A stretch of 64,000 bases of DNA from Cenococcum geophilum (Eukaryota): positions 9,362,001 to 9,426,000 of the forward strand of contig CP158636.1 in assembly GCA_050273025.1 (NCBI GenBank). The letters are read 5' to 3'. The notes under the pieces are model-generated. The model saw only the letters and a program-made list of their open reading frames with translations, was not told the DNA's origin and ran no database searches. Numbering within the stretch: position 1 is the first letter of the stretch; each line of letters starts with the position of its first letter. The translations under genes and the position numbers were made by a program. Shown here in pieces: positions 24,065 through 36,545 of this stretch.

Positions 24065-27000
24065 TTTAGGAGTAGGTTATTAATGTAAAAGAAGAGCATA
24101 AATAGACTCTATAAGAGATTAAGCATCAACTACGCACTATAAGGAAGCTTAACTTATAATAGAATCTAAGTAATATACCTTTAGAGACGAATTAACCTCC
24201 ACCTTTAACTCCTCTATATTTAATTTAACCCGTAACTTTAATGTTAGATACTATACCCTAACGAGAGCAGGTATAGGATCCCATTGCTTTATAATTTAAT
24301 AACCCTTAAACTCTACTAACCAGACCTATATTCCTACTATAGCCTATAATATAACTCCTACCTCCTTTATCTTAATCTTAAATTAGAGGTAGTTTAAAAT
24401 TGCTTATAGAGCTTATAAAGCTCTACTTGGATTAGGAGAGGAAGTTTAGTAGGGAATTATATAATATTCTTAATTCGAAACTATATATCTTCTATAATTA
24501 TTGCTAGAAGGTAGAAATAGAGTTTAATTAATACTACAACGCCTATTTTGTTATGCTTAAGGGCCAAGCTAGTACCTTCTATTGTAATTATTTGGTAGGA
24601 AAAGGATATAATTTTAACCGTATAATATATAAGTTAAAATACTATTTTAAAATAGAAGAGAATAAGTAGCAGTATATATTAGAATAGAGAGAGACTACCT
24701 TTTTAAGGATTATTGCTATAAACCTAGGTATCTCCCAGCTTAATTATCTTTAAAAGCTCTTTAATTAACTTTAGATAATTTAGCGCGGTTTATCCAAATT
24801 ATATTAAGAGGATTTTAGTCTATATAATTAAGTCATTAGCGTATACTAAGGTATTAAAGAATGTAACCTCGCTCTCTTTAATCCTATAAATACTTATAAA
24901 GGTATATATACTTAATTAAGATCTTCTATTAGCACCGCTCTACGCTTTTAAGAAGTATAGTAATTTAACGCCTAGCTCTAACCTACTTTAATTAACCCAC
25001 CTAACTAATATAATTATAACTAGACTAATTAAATATAGAGTAGCCGTGGTAGGTAATACGGCAGAGGGTATAATTAATAACTATAAGGCAAAGAGGGAGG
25101 TCCTCGTAAAGGTTTATTTTAAAGTAATTGCTAAAAGAAGTGCTATGTTTATAAGAAACCGAATTGCTAGTTAACTAGGTATTTTCTTAATAAACGAAAG
25201 GAGGTATATAATAAGTTTCGCTAAAGTATAAAAAACGTTAGAAATTATAAAGCCACTATAGCCTACTTCTAAAGCTTCCTAGTTTAATATAAAGGCGTAG
25301 AAGATCTTAAGGGTAAGGTTAATAAGGCCGAATAGCTCCTTATAGATATAGAAATTAAGGACTACTTACCCAACTAATACTTTAATAAGTATAGTAAGGT
25401 AGATAGTATATAAACCGTTACTATTCTTAATAACTAATCTATACTCCATTCTATTATAAAGTTAAATATCTTTAATAAGCTAAAGAAGAGCTCCGCGTTT
25501 TCCTTTAACAATAGATACTTAGTAAATATCTTTTATAGTATTATACTAGATACTAGAGCTATAGAAGTATCTATAGCAGGAGAACCTTAAGTTTAAGCCC
25601 TTTAGCAGCTTAATAACTTTATTTAGATTAACTATTTAACGGTAGGCCAATATACGATTTGTTTTAGTAAGGGTACTATAATCTCTTTTAGTATAATTAG
25701 GGTCTAAACCCCCTTAGGGTGTATTATTTTCCACGTTGTTTCTATAAATACCCCATTTCTATTTTATATTAAAGATATAAATAAATTAAGCGTTAAGCTT
25801 AATAACTTTAAGAATATACTTATATAGGGAGATAATTGGGTACCTATTATACGCAAATAGGGTTACCCTTAGTTGCTCCTTTATTAACTAGAAAAGAGTA
25901 TTACTTAAAGCCACCTAACTAAGTTAGAGTTACGTTAACTATACCATTAATTTAGCTACCTATTTATTTATTAATTACTTAGGGTTCTTTAGTAAGTAGG
26001 CTATAAAGTTAAGGTTAAGGCAATTAAGCATTTTATAAAGTACTACTATTACTACTAAATAAACCAGAAGTCCCCTAGCCGATTTAAGTTTACCTTTAAA
26101 GATAACTATAACTTTAACTTCTGTATTATCGTTAATGTTATATATCTTAGCGGCAAGCTAGTACTTTAAGTTATTAACTTCTTAACCTTTTTCTAAGCCG
26201 CAAGTTTCTTAAAGGATATATTAGCTAGGAATGTATAGGATACCCTATAATTATACTAGATTAATATCTACCTAGGGCCCCCTAATTAAATTATCTATAA
26301 CGTAGAAAAAAACTTCTTATTTATAGAGTTTTAATAATAGATAAAGGTAATAGCAATTAAGGTTAAGGAAGTCCCTATTAAGGCATATAATAATATTAGA
26401 AAAGTAGAGCAATATTATATACTATTACGCCGCGTATATAAGATTATCTCTTTAGAACTAAAGGATATTAGCGAAGAACTTACCTTATAAATAGCTATTA
26501 AAGCCGTTAATAATTTCGCTAGCCTAGATGGACTTATACCTACGTTACTAGTCTTTAGCGCCTACCCTTAAATAACTAATAATTCTCTACTATCTCCCTC
26601 TATCGCGTAATAAGCTAAGGCTATTTATAAGGTAATAAAGGAGGTATAACGTCTCTACGCTATACGCTAGGTTAATAACGTACTAGGAATAAGAAATAGC
26701 CTAAATACCTTAACTACGCTTAATCTGCTACTCCAGTCTAAGGTACGCGTATAGCGTAAAAAGGGAGGATAGTTAGGCCTATATTAACTTATTACAATTA
26801 ATAGTTAAACTTATACTATTTAGATGCCTTATAAACCTACTTAATTCCATTTAACTATTATTAAGCCTTATTATAAAGATAATAGTTCTAAGCCTTTATA
26901 GGATACTATAGAAGATACCCTAAAGGAGAGCTATAATTAACGTGCTTTAGAAGGCAACTATAATTCTAATATAATTATAGTAGATACGCCGTAACTATAA

Positions 27001-29060
27001 CGCGGTAGAGGTCACCCGAAGGGATTATAAAATTACTAACATCTTATTAATTTTAAAGAGCAATTAGTTGCCGCCATTAAAAATAGAGTTAAGCTATTAA
27101 TGGCCTTTATAATAGCTAAGGAGAAGGCTAACTTTAAACTTACAAAATAGCTTTAAAAGGAAGATTATATTATAACTTTAGGAGCTCCTTTCTAAGTATC
27201 TAATAAGTAGGAGATCGATAGCCTTATCGTAAGAGGAGTCTTTAAATTTAAGAAGTATAACCCTACTAAGTTTAATAAAGTCCGCATCTTTAAGTTAAGA
27301 ATAGTTAATAAGATTAAGGGTAAAGCTACTAACGCCCTATTTAAGAAATTAAGGCTTATTATCTAAGGTTATAATAATAATAGTAAGGAGGTAATTCTTA
27401 CGCAATCTCCTATAATTTAATAAGCTAGTTAGTAAGTTATTATTATGCTAGCTCCCTCCTTAATAAAGAATAGAATAGCGGTCTATTTATAAGATATTAC
27501 TTAGGCCTACACCTAATTAGAGACGCACCTTTAGTGCTTAATATTAGCATACCTTCTAGAGCAAATTCGCCACTAATATCCTAAAGATATAATTATGGTT
27601 ATGCTTAAGCTATTATATAGAATCGCAGAGGCAGGAACTTATTAGTAGGCTACTTACAGCAAGCACTATAAAGAGAAACTTTTAATAACTACTTCTATAT
27701 TTAATCTATAGTTCCTTATTATAACTACAGGAGCCCTATTTAGAATTATCGGTATATAAACTAATAATATAATTATCTTAAGAGACGACCAATTTTTAGC
27801 TCTTAAAGAAGATAAGCTAGTAAAGGCAAATCTTATAGCAAAGCCAAAGGAAAAGCTTAATTTAATAACACTATTACTTTTTAATAGATATATCCTTTCC
27901 CTAAATGAGGATTCTATTGCTTTATGCTAGAAGGGTTAAGGTAAGAAGATTAATATTATTAACTCTCTAAAGTAAGAATATATGGAGTAATGTGCTTACG
28001 GAGCTTATATTGCTTCTATCTATTAACCTAAGGCTTCCTTTAATCTCTCTATTGCCGCCTAATACTAGGAACTAACTAAGGATAACATTCTTACCCTAAA
28101 TAAACGTCTTTTTTAGCAAATGAACTATTTTAATTGGGGACTATACTATATGCCTATTAATCTTCCCACCGCTAAGCTCTTTATATTTATTAATAGATCG
28201 TTTATAAATAATAAAGATTTTAGCTTCTAGTTAGGATATAAAATTATTACTATAAATAAATCTACTAGAGAGAATAACTTTATAATCTATAGTAATCTTA
28301 TCTATTAGAGCTTAACTAAGAGCAAGCACGTTACTTAAAGTGTGCTAGCGTTAGAGATATATAAAATAGTTAGCGGAGTTAATATAGCAATTGCAATTAG
28401 AACTACCCTAAAGATAATTATAGATTAACTTAAACTCCCTATTATCCCTATAATTGTATATACCAACTTATATTCCCTCTATAAGTGTTTAGTTAAGCTT
28501 AGTACTATAAAGGAAAAGCGCCTTATAATTAATATTATAGCACTTTATTAATCCTATAAACTGTAAGAACTCTTTAAGATTTAATAGATTAACGGTTAAG
28601 ATAACCTAGTAGATATAATGACGAAGGCAAACCTAAATAAGGCTCTAGAAACGTTTATTAATATAAATACCCTATATATATAAGTTAAAGGCTAGGTTAA
28701 AAGAGAGTAGGAGTATAATAATCTATAAACCCTAATTCCAACTAGCTAATTAGGATTTTCTATCCCTAGGATAGAAAATTGCTATTAGCTCGCTTACAAC
28801 TATCGCCTTAGCGGCCCTAATACGATATCTATTACATATTGGGGGGGCTAATTTAGCGCGGTTACGACCCGGGTTAATACGAGGTTAGGGCTACCCCTGC
28901 TGATAACGCGCCCGAACCCTACATAAGGTCGCGCAGCAACCGCCCCCAAGTACTTTCGCACGCGATTTTGGGCGAAAAGGTATATAATTCGTGTTAGATC
29001 GGTACTTCTAGACGGTCGCGTAATGTTACTCTAAATTTATAACACCTAAACGGGCTCTAT

Positions 29061-29334
29061 TCCTACATTAAGGCGTCTTAGTTGCTATAGTGCAGTCCTA
29101 TATTAAGACGTCTCGGTTACTATAGTATAGTCCTACATTAAGGCGTCTTAGTTAATGCAGTGTAGTTATATATTGAGGCGTTTTAGTTACTATAGTGCAG
29201 TTCTGCATTAAGGCGTCTTAGTCACTATAGTGCAGTTATATATTAAGGCGTCTTAGTTACTACAGTGCAGTCCTATATTGAGACGTCTCGGTTACTAGTA
29301 TGGTCCTACATTAAGGCGTCTCGGTTACTATAGT
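29061..29334. repeat. Eight tandem 35-bp units downstream of the Crypton-B ORF
   Basis: Unit ~TCCTRCATTRAGRCGTCTYRGTYACTRYAGTGCAG, directly visible. Confidence 0.95.
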
Positions 29335-29377
29335 AAAATAGGTATTATCTACTACTTAAGAGGAAGCCTCCTCTACC

Positions 29378-31908
29378 CTAGATATTCTTATAAAGCCAAT
29401 CTAAAGAATGCCGGCCTTGTAGCTATTCTAGCTAGTTAATAGCCTATCTCTCGTCTCTTACCGTACCGTCTTCTACGCGCCATCTTATATCCTTAATAAT
29501 CCTACGGCGACAGCTATAGAACATAGCCTCGCTATTAACCCACTAGCGTACCCCCTAGCAGCAATTAAAAGCTTTAATTAACGGCCTACCCGCTAGCCCT
29601 AAAGTCCACTTAGTCCAGAGCTAGAAGACTAAATTACCGCCTTAAAGCATTTTATATTTCCTTAGCGGCGCCTATAGGTTAAGGATAAATAGGAGAGATA
29701 GTTGAGTACTAGCTTGTGCCTGCGCTAGTAGGGGCGATGCGGATATAGTAAACGGCTAAGCGGGTGGTGCGGATATTATAGACGGCTAAGCGGACGGTGC
29801 GGATATTGTAGATAGCTAAGCGAATGGTGCGGATATTGTAGACGGCAGCTAAGCGGGTAGTACGGATATTGTAGACGGCCGAGCAGGCGGCGCGGATATA
29901 GTAAATGTTATAGTAGACGGCGCGGGCTCGCCTAAAGGTAGACGTACGGACTCTATAGGCCCTATTTAGATACCCATCTTTCCTTACTAGATCTATATAG
30001 GTGCGAATAATGCTAATAACCTTTCTATTTCGCTAAGGCGTTCTAAGATCGTTTACACGCGTAATTAAACCCCCTTTACCTTAAAGATCGCGGCCTTATA
30101 TCTTAGCTTAGCTACGGCCTTATAGGCGGGCCAGTATTTCCGCATTATTAGCTTATCTAGCGTAACTACGTTAGCCAGTAAGCTTTTTACCTGCGTAGTA
30201 AACCTCCGGTATTCCTTACAGCCGAAAAGGGGGTCCTTCCATAGGGGGTAGAGCGGGAACTACTTATATAGGATTACCCTAAGCGTATAGAGGAGGCGTA
30301 GAAATCCTAAGCCCGTAAGGTCAAGCTATATAACCTTATTATCGGCCCTACCTAGGTGGTAGGCCTCCATGCGTTTTAGCTAGACGTTAGTCTTAGGCTA
30401 TATCTTTAAATAGAGGGCCTCCTCTAGCACCTCCCGTACGCGGGGGAGAAAGTAGCCCTTTCCTTTCTTTAGGAAGCTGGCGATCGACCACATAAACGCA
30501 CAGGGTAGATAGCTAAGGTAGGCTCCCGTTATCGCATCCGTATTCCAGCGTCCGGCCCGTCTAATTTAGGTCTCCTTAATGCCGCTAAGCTTGGCATATC
30601 GGACGCTCTGCTTATAGGCGCTATAGGTCTTCTCCTTTAAGTAAATTCCTATACCCTAGAACATCTTTTTATTCTATTTAAACTGCGTATAATAGCTTAG
30701 CGGCCGTTGCGGTACTTTAATACTGCTAGGGAAGATATATAGGTTATAGTAGTCCTTTAGCTACTAAAAGGATAGGAAGCTCTTAGCGCCGTCTTTACCC
30801 TAGCGGTTAAAGAAGTAGAAGGCTACTGTAGAGAGGGGGTAGAGGATAGGGTTAGCGTTCTGTATATAGCCTATATACTTAACCTTGCCGTGCTAATTCT
30901 ACTTCCCTTATATTATCAACATAATTATATACGGCGCTAACTCGTCTAGTTTAGGCCCTTTATTCTCTAGTTTAATAAGGATAAGGTTAGTAAGCTAAAT
31001 ATCTTATTTACTTTCACTACGGGTAATGGTAGTATGGCCTAAGGAACAGGTTAGAAAACGGTAGCTATATAGACTAGATAGGGTATATATAAACCTAATA
31101 AATACTTAGCTGCAGTTTAAAGGTAAGACTTAACTAAACCTAGCATCTTAGAGCCCGTCTCCTAGCACTAAGTGATTGCCTTTTTAAGCCCTTTAACGTT
31201 ATAGCCGCTAGTAATTATAAATAGGCCTTAATTAATAAAGTTAACGCGTTAAATCTAGTCCTTGTTATAGTGGACGCTATCTAGTACTGCTAAGAGCTTT
31301 ACCCCCTATAGCGGCTGAGAGGTCTTACCTTCTAACTGCTATATATAAAGCTCGGTAATAGTGGAGACGTAGCTATTTCTAACTAAGTATCGGACTATCT
31401 TGTTAAATAGGGCGTTTAGGGCCTCCTCGTCCCATATCTCCCCTTCCTCCTTTATAGCTTCCTCCCCTATACTTACGGCTGCCCCTATAGCTGCCCCTAT
31501 AGCTGCCTTCCCCCCTAGCTACCTTGCCCGCTTAACTGTCTTCTGCCTCTTCTTTACCCGCTCGCTATCTTTCTATATCTCTTTCTGTTTTAACTTCCGT
31601 TTTTAATAGCCAGCAGCCCGTAATTCTTAGTTAATGACTTACTGCTCTAAAAATAGGTAAAGCTTATCTTCTATTACCTGGGCGCCGTCCGTATTACCTT
31701 CTAGTCTCGCGTACTAGTCTTCCCACTCTTTCTGCTTTGGCTCGTACGCCCTTATAGTATTCTTTAAGCGCTAGGCCTTATAAATATTATATAGCCGTAC
31801 TGTCTGGGCCTTAAATTCGCTCTGGAGGCTATAGGGGGAAGAGGCTGGGGGGGCTTCCGTCGACCGTAAAGTAGACCGTAGGGTAAGGAGATTCTTAAAA
31901 GACTCCAT
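29378..31908 (-). pseudogene. Crypton-B tyrosine recombinase + GCR1_C, RIP-inactivated; intron 31039-31094
   Basis: ATG at 31908 (MESF...). Back-corrected KNT.RAYEPKQKEW, YLLG|HATITRGES, GKQNQHGKVEYMG, KEKTHS..ELSGV..QIRRAGRWNTDAMTGAYL, and C-terminal LWTEWTLGLAGGPSIEALD..WG..WR. A 30-bp (10-aa) tandem repeat lies at ~29735-29900. Confidence 0.88.
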
Positions 31909-32998
31909 ATCCGTAAGAGGTAAGGGGGAGACGCGTAAGCGCGGCGTGGGTAAATAAAGCTACCGAACACGTAAATATTAAAGGAGAAGAAGGAGAAGAG
32001 GGCTTTATATTATACAATTATAATTACGGTAGGCCTTTCTATATAAAATTAGAAGCCCTACGCGAGCCAGCGCGGGCATAAGGACAGGAGAGGGTTGGAA
32101 AATAGATTGTTAAGGTAACGGTGAGGTCGAAGGCGCGCTAAGGCCCTCTATACTAAGTTAGTACTAACCTAGGCCTTAAAAACGCGTCTAAAAAGTAGGG
32201 GCCACCACCAAAGGGGGGGGGGGGGTGATATTTGGACGATATGTCGCGGACCTTATGGGGTTGTGCGTAATCTGAGGTTATGCTAAGCCTAACCCGGACC
32301 TCCAATACCTACTTACGACTTTAAGTAAGAAAGCACCACGTGCTAAGAGGCAAATTTTAGAACAGTAAGACTTATATTATAATAGTAATAGTAAGTAAGA
32401 AGGATTAATATTTATTACGCTAGTTAAGCAGTATTTATATATAGATGGTAGCTATAAAAGAAGAGTTGCTAGTGTTGGAAATGAGGCAAGCGGTCGTCAC
32501 GTGACGCTGCGGCACTAGTGTGGCGAGGAGTCTTAAGCTCCTCGCCCTTCCTCATTCCAATTAATAAGCTTTATTAACCAACATCACTATAACCTACTTA
32601 AGTAGTCGTTATTGGTAAGTCACCCTGTGTAACCAATAATAACTTTAGCAACTTTTTAAACTATATAGTAGAGTAACAAAGATTTAATAAAGTAGTAAAA
32701 ATGGTATTTCTTATAAGTAGGAATTAAGTAGTAGTATATATAATATATTAAGATAAAGGGAAGAATAAGGTTATATAAAGCGCCTATTAATTAATATATT
32801 AAATAAGGCCTTTACTATTATTGGTTATATAAGGTGATATTACGTAGCTACGGTTTGTAGATAGTATAATAATTGTTATTCTTATTCTTTCTAAAGAAAG
32901 GGGTAAGGAACTTAAGGTTCCTTACCACACTAGTGCCGCGGCGGCACGTGACGGCAACTTGCTGCACGTAACGGCAACTTGCTATATATAACGGTAAT

Positions 32999-33255
32999 TG
33001 TAAGGCAGTATTGCTAGGGTGTATAGTAGGGAGTAGGTAAGCCGAGTATGAGTCAAATAGGGAGTCGATGGAAGAGGACGATATGGTAATGAGGGTAGGC
33101 AATAGCCTCGTACTGAGACGAACCGATGAGGAGGGAAGGGCTGCAAGCCTAAGGTGCTTATAAGGAGGTGCCAAGGGCTAGCCGAAGGCTAGCCTTGGCG
33201 ACCCCTAAGAGCCTCTAGGCGATGTAGCCGAGTAAGGGCCAAAATAACCCTTATA
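32999..33255. mobile_element. Solo LTR (257 bp) inserted within the Copia-3 3' LTR
   Basis: TGTAAG...CTTATA (RIPed CTTACA) termini; TSD gtaat. Confidence 0.9.
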
Positions 33256-34262
33256 GTAATATGCCTTATATAGTAACCCCTTACCTTTATTCCCAACACT
33301 AGTAACTCTTCTTTTATAGTTACTATTTATATATATATACCGCTTGACTAGCAGAACAAATATTAATCCTTTTTACTTACTATTGCTATTATAATATAAG
33401 TCTCGCTATTCTAAAATTTCCCTCTTAGCATATAGTGCTTTCTTACTTATAAGTTATAGGTAGGTATTTTGTTAGTAGGGCCGCTAAAGCGCTAGTAGTA
33501 AGTGAGCTAATAGCGATTTTCTATTCCGGGGATAGAAAATCCTAATTGGCTAGGTTAAGTTAGGCTCCCCCCTTTAAAAAAGTCTTGGTAAGAGAATCTA
33601 ACTGTCGGTATACTCGCTTTATTAACGTGCACGAATATCACTTGTAGTGGTACGTATGCGGTGTTGAAGTTGGTAGTTGATTTGTTTTTGGAAGAAAGGG
33701 GTTGCTCTAAGGTTAGACAGTTAGTCTCGCTTCGTAGTCTTGTGACTATGTTACGTGATTAACGTTCCGACACTGGAGCAACTCTAAAAAGAAGGCTAAT
33801 CTATACTCTAAAGTTAAGTTTTCTAGACTACTCGTAGCGTATACGTAATAGCTAGCTCCTCCGTCTATAATACGCAATAGCGATTTTCTACTAAATTCTG
33901 CCATGTTACCAAATTCTGCTAAATTCTGCTATGTTGCCAATTCTGCCAAATTCTGCTGGCCCTGCTAAGCTAAAGTTGGGTCTGTTTGCTTAACCTAACC
34001 TACAGCCTATATATCGACTTGGTTTATGTTGATAAGCCATAATAGTGCCGTATAAGGCTTGCCCTTTATTATAGCGTCCGCAGGGTTAGTGTCTCCATTA
34101 ATATTAATTATTAAGCGTTTCTTTTGTGTAGTTCCTAGTCGGACGAGACAGTTGTATAAGGACTTTGAATTAGTGTAGAGAATTGCGGATATTGCGAATA
34201 TTGCGGATATTGCGAATCTTGTGGATATTGCGAATCTTGCGGATCTTGTAGATATCAGACAC

Positions 34263-34458
34263 TGCGGGTATTAGATACTGGTGGTTGGCTATATCTTGGG
34301 AGCTCTTAGGGCTGCTAAGGGTAGCCTTTAGCTAGGCCTTGGCCTACCCCTTATAAGCTCCTTAGGCTTGTAGCCTTCTTCCTCCCCTAGTTTATCTCTC
34401 TCTCTCCTATATAAGGGTATTGCCTACTCCCTACCGTATACCTAGGCAATACCTTATA
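34263..34458. mobile_element. LTR fragment related to the 32999-33255 solo LTR, opposite orientation
   Basis: Reverse complement begins tataaggtattgcctaggtatacggtagggagtagg, similar to tgtaaggcagtattgctagggtgtatagtagggagtagg. No TSD found. Confidence 0.65.
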
Positions 34459-36234
34459 GTTTGCTTGTTTAACCTACGCTAATAGAGTTATAGGCTTTAA
34501 CTGGAACCCCCTCCGTATTGACACCTATAGTACTTGTGTACTGTTTAAATCCCTTATAGCTAAGGTTTTGGCTATTTTAGTTACGGCTTCGGTTGTTCCG
34601 GTTGTAGTTCCGGCCTTGATCTTGACTATAGTAGTGGTAATCTGTAAAGGTAGTATATACTTCTTAAATGGGGTATTCCTTCTCCTATGTAATAATTAAA
34701 GACTATAGCTTGTTAATTGGCTGAGATAAGTCTTTTTTAGGGTTTAAGACGGCAGTTCTATAGGTAGGAACTCCCTAGTAAGCCTTTTGGTTATCTGTGT
34801 AGATCTTTGCAATTATGGCCACCTCCTTACTGTATTTAGGTCCTTGCCTAAATCCTTGCTCTATACTAGGCACGGCTAGTTTAGGTGGTGTATATATATG
34901 TAGCTGCTGCTCTTTTGATTATAGCGATTAGTTATAATTAGAGGATTAAGGACCGGGAGGGGTAGTAGGGGTAGTGGGGGTAGTGGGGGCAGTGATTGGG
35001 GTAGCTGGTGGTGTAGCGATTGGGGTAACTAATGGTGCAGCGATTGGGATAATAGGGTAAGGATATTTGGTAGGAGGAGGACCGGGTGGGGTAGTAGCAG
35101 TTAGTGTAGTAGACCTAGGCGGTATTATAACTATAGCTAAAGGCTGAGCCGATAGACTGGGAGGGGTAGTAGGGGCAGTGGGGGTAGTGGGGGTAGCGAT
35201 TGGAGTGGCTGGCGATGTAGCGATCGGGACGGCTGGCGATACAGTAATTGGGATGGCTGGCGATGTAGTGATTGGGACGGCTGGCGATGCAGTGATTGGG
35301 ACAACTGGTGGTGTAGTAGTTGGAATAGCTAGTGGAATTGGCGGAGCAGCTAGTGGTGGGGTTGGAGCAGTTACTGGAGGGAGGGTAGAGGTGGTTGGTG
35401 CAGCTTGCTGGGGTATAGATGTAATAGGTGGTTGAGGTGTTGTAGGGGTAGGTATCTGCGTTCCAGGCGGTGTTGTAGCTGTAGCTGTAGTTGTAGCCGT
35501 AGGCTGAACTGATTCTGGGCCAATAGCTAAACTGTTGAGAGTATGGTTTAGTCTACCCCTGGCAGTACTAGGGTGAAGATACCGGGCAGGAGGAGGACTA
35601 GGTAGGGTAGTAACTATAGCTGTAGGCTGACCCGATAGACCGTTATGAGTGTGGTTTAGCCTGTCTTGCAGAGTTATTGTAATTATTGGCTTTACCTCTG
35701 TAAGGGCCGCGATAAGCTCCTTATCCGTCTATTTATGAAACTCTTCTTTATAGGCGACGTCCATTAGCACCTTGCTAAGGGTGTGCCTTTTATCTTGCTT
35801 GATAACGTATACTCCTTTCTTAACTAGGTAGTTACGGATTCCCGCTTTGGTTTTGGATTGTACTCGTTTAAAGAGCTCTGGTGTAAAGTCCTTAAAATCT
35901 TCCTGAAATACTATCTATAGTGAATAGTCTGTAAGGTTGGATCGTGTGTATAGGTGCATTTTGGTCTCTATATACTCCGCTAGATCGTCGTCCGTAGCCG
36001 TCTCTAGGTTGATTTTATAGCCGTATTTGGCGATTCTCTTCTTCTAGTTAATTTTTATATTGTTGTGTCTCTGTGTATAAGGGTAGGTGTAAGGGTAGGT
36101 ATGAGGGTAGTCGTTGTTTAGAAGTTGAGGTTGAGGTTTTAAGGTAAGGGTGTAAAGGTGAGGGTGTAAGGGTGTGTGTGTGTTCCCTTGACAAATCTAC
36201 AGTTTTTGAAGACTGAAGACTGAAGATGATTCTT

Positions 36235-36545
36235 AGTAAAGATACGGTCCTCTAGGTGATCTTACGCGTTAGCAGTTAAGTTGATACGTGGTCTTAAGCT
36301 TTAAGGTCCTCTAGGCGATCTGATGCGTTAATAGTTAAGTTAATGTGTGGTCTTGAGCTTTGAGGGGTGACGTAGCTCTCTTTGAGTAAAGATACGATTC
36401 TCTAGGTGATTTTACGCGTTAGTAAGCTGATACGTGGTCTTGAGCTTTGAGGGTAACGTAGCTTTCTCCTTTAACTGAAATAGGGCGATAGCTCTGCGAT
36501 CTGACGCGTTAGCAGTTAAGCTAATGTGTGGTTTTGAGCTTTGCT
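36235..36545. repeat. About four degenerate ~55-60-bp repeats in the Copia-4 leader
   Basis: ctctaggYgatYtKacgcgttagcagttaag..tgtggtcttgagcttt repeated. Confidence 0.8.

Larger units (their letters stand above)
28817..32308 (-). mobile_element. CryptonF-type transposon, family B, inserted in the Copia-2 3' UTR
   Basis: Terminal direct repeat ctaatac (28817-28823) / ccaatac (32302-32308). Copia sequence resumes on both sides. YR+GCR1_C pseudogene on the minus strand. Confidence 0.88.
22994..32638 (+). mobile_element. GalEa Copia LTR retrotransposon (Copia-2), carrying a solo LTR and a Crypton
   Basis: 166-bp LTRs at 22994-23159 and 32473-32638. TSD ataac. CTGATTAGT after the 5' LTR. Gag ATG at 23541; pol ends ~28710. 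Pol is nearly identical to Copia-1. Confidence 0.95.
22740..32760 (+). pseudogene. Tc1-like DDE transposase C-terminal remnant, split by Copia-2 (pieces 22740-22993 and 32644-32760)
   Basis: Back-corrected PRSVLVMDN.SIHH and RLEYL.PYSPDYNPIE at 22790-22930. It continues after the Copia as FGDFLNYAVEQ...KWYF. Heavily RIPed and frameshifted. Confidence 0.7.

Noticed and set aside
29061..29334. CRISPR-like appearance of 35-bp repeats
   Set aside because: Units are contiguous with no unique spacers, there are no cas genes, and the context is eukaryotic (RIP, spliceosomal introns).
32212..32225. Long G run as a telomeric or G-quadruplex feature
   Set aside because: A single homopolymer inside the Crypton-B 5' region; no telomeric repeat units are present.
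35178..35435. Gly/Val-rich 85-aa ORF on the + strand
   Set aside because: Antisense shadow of the Pro/Thr-rich repeats in the minus-strand Copia-4 gag.
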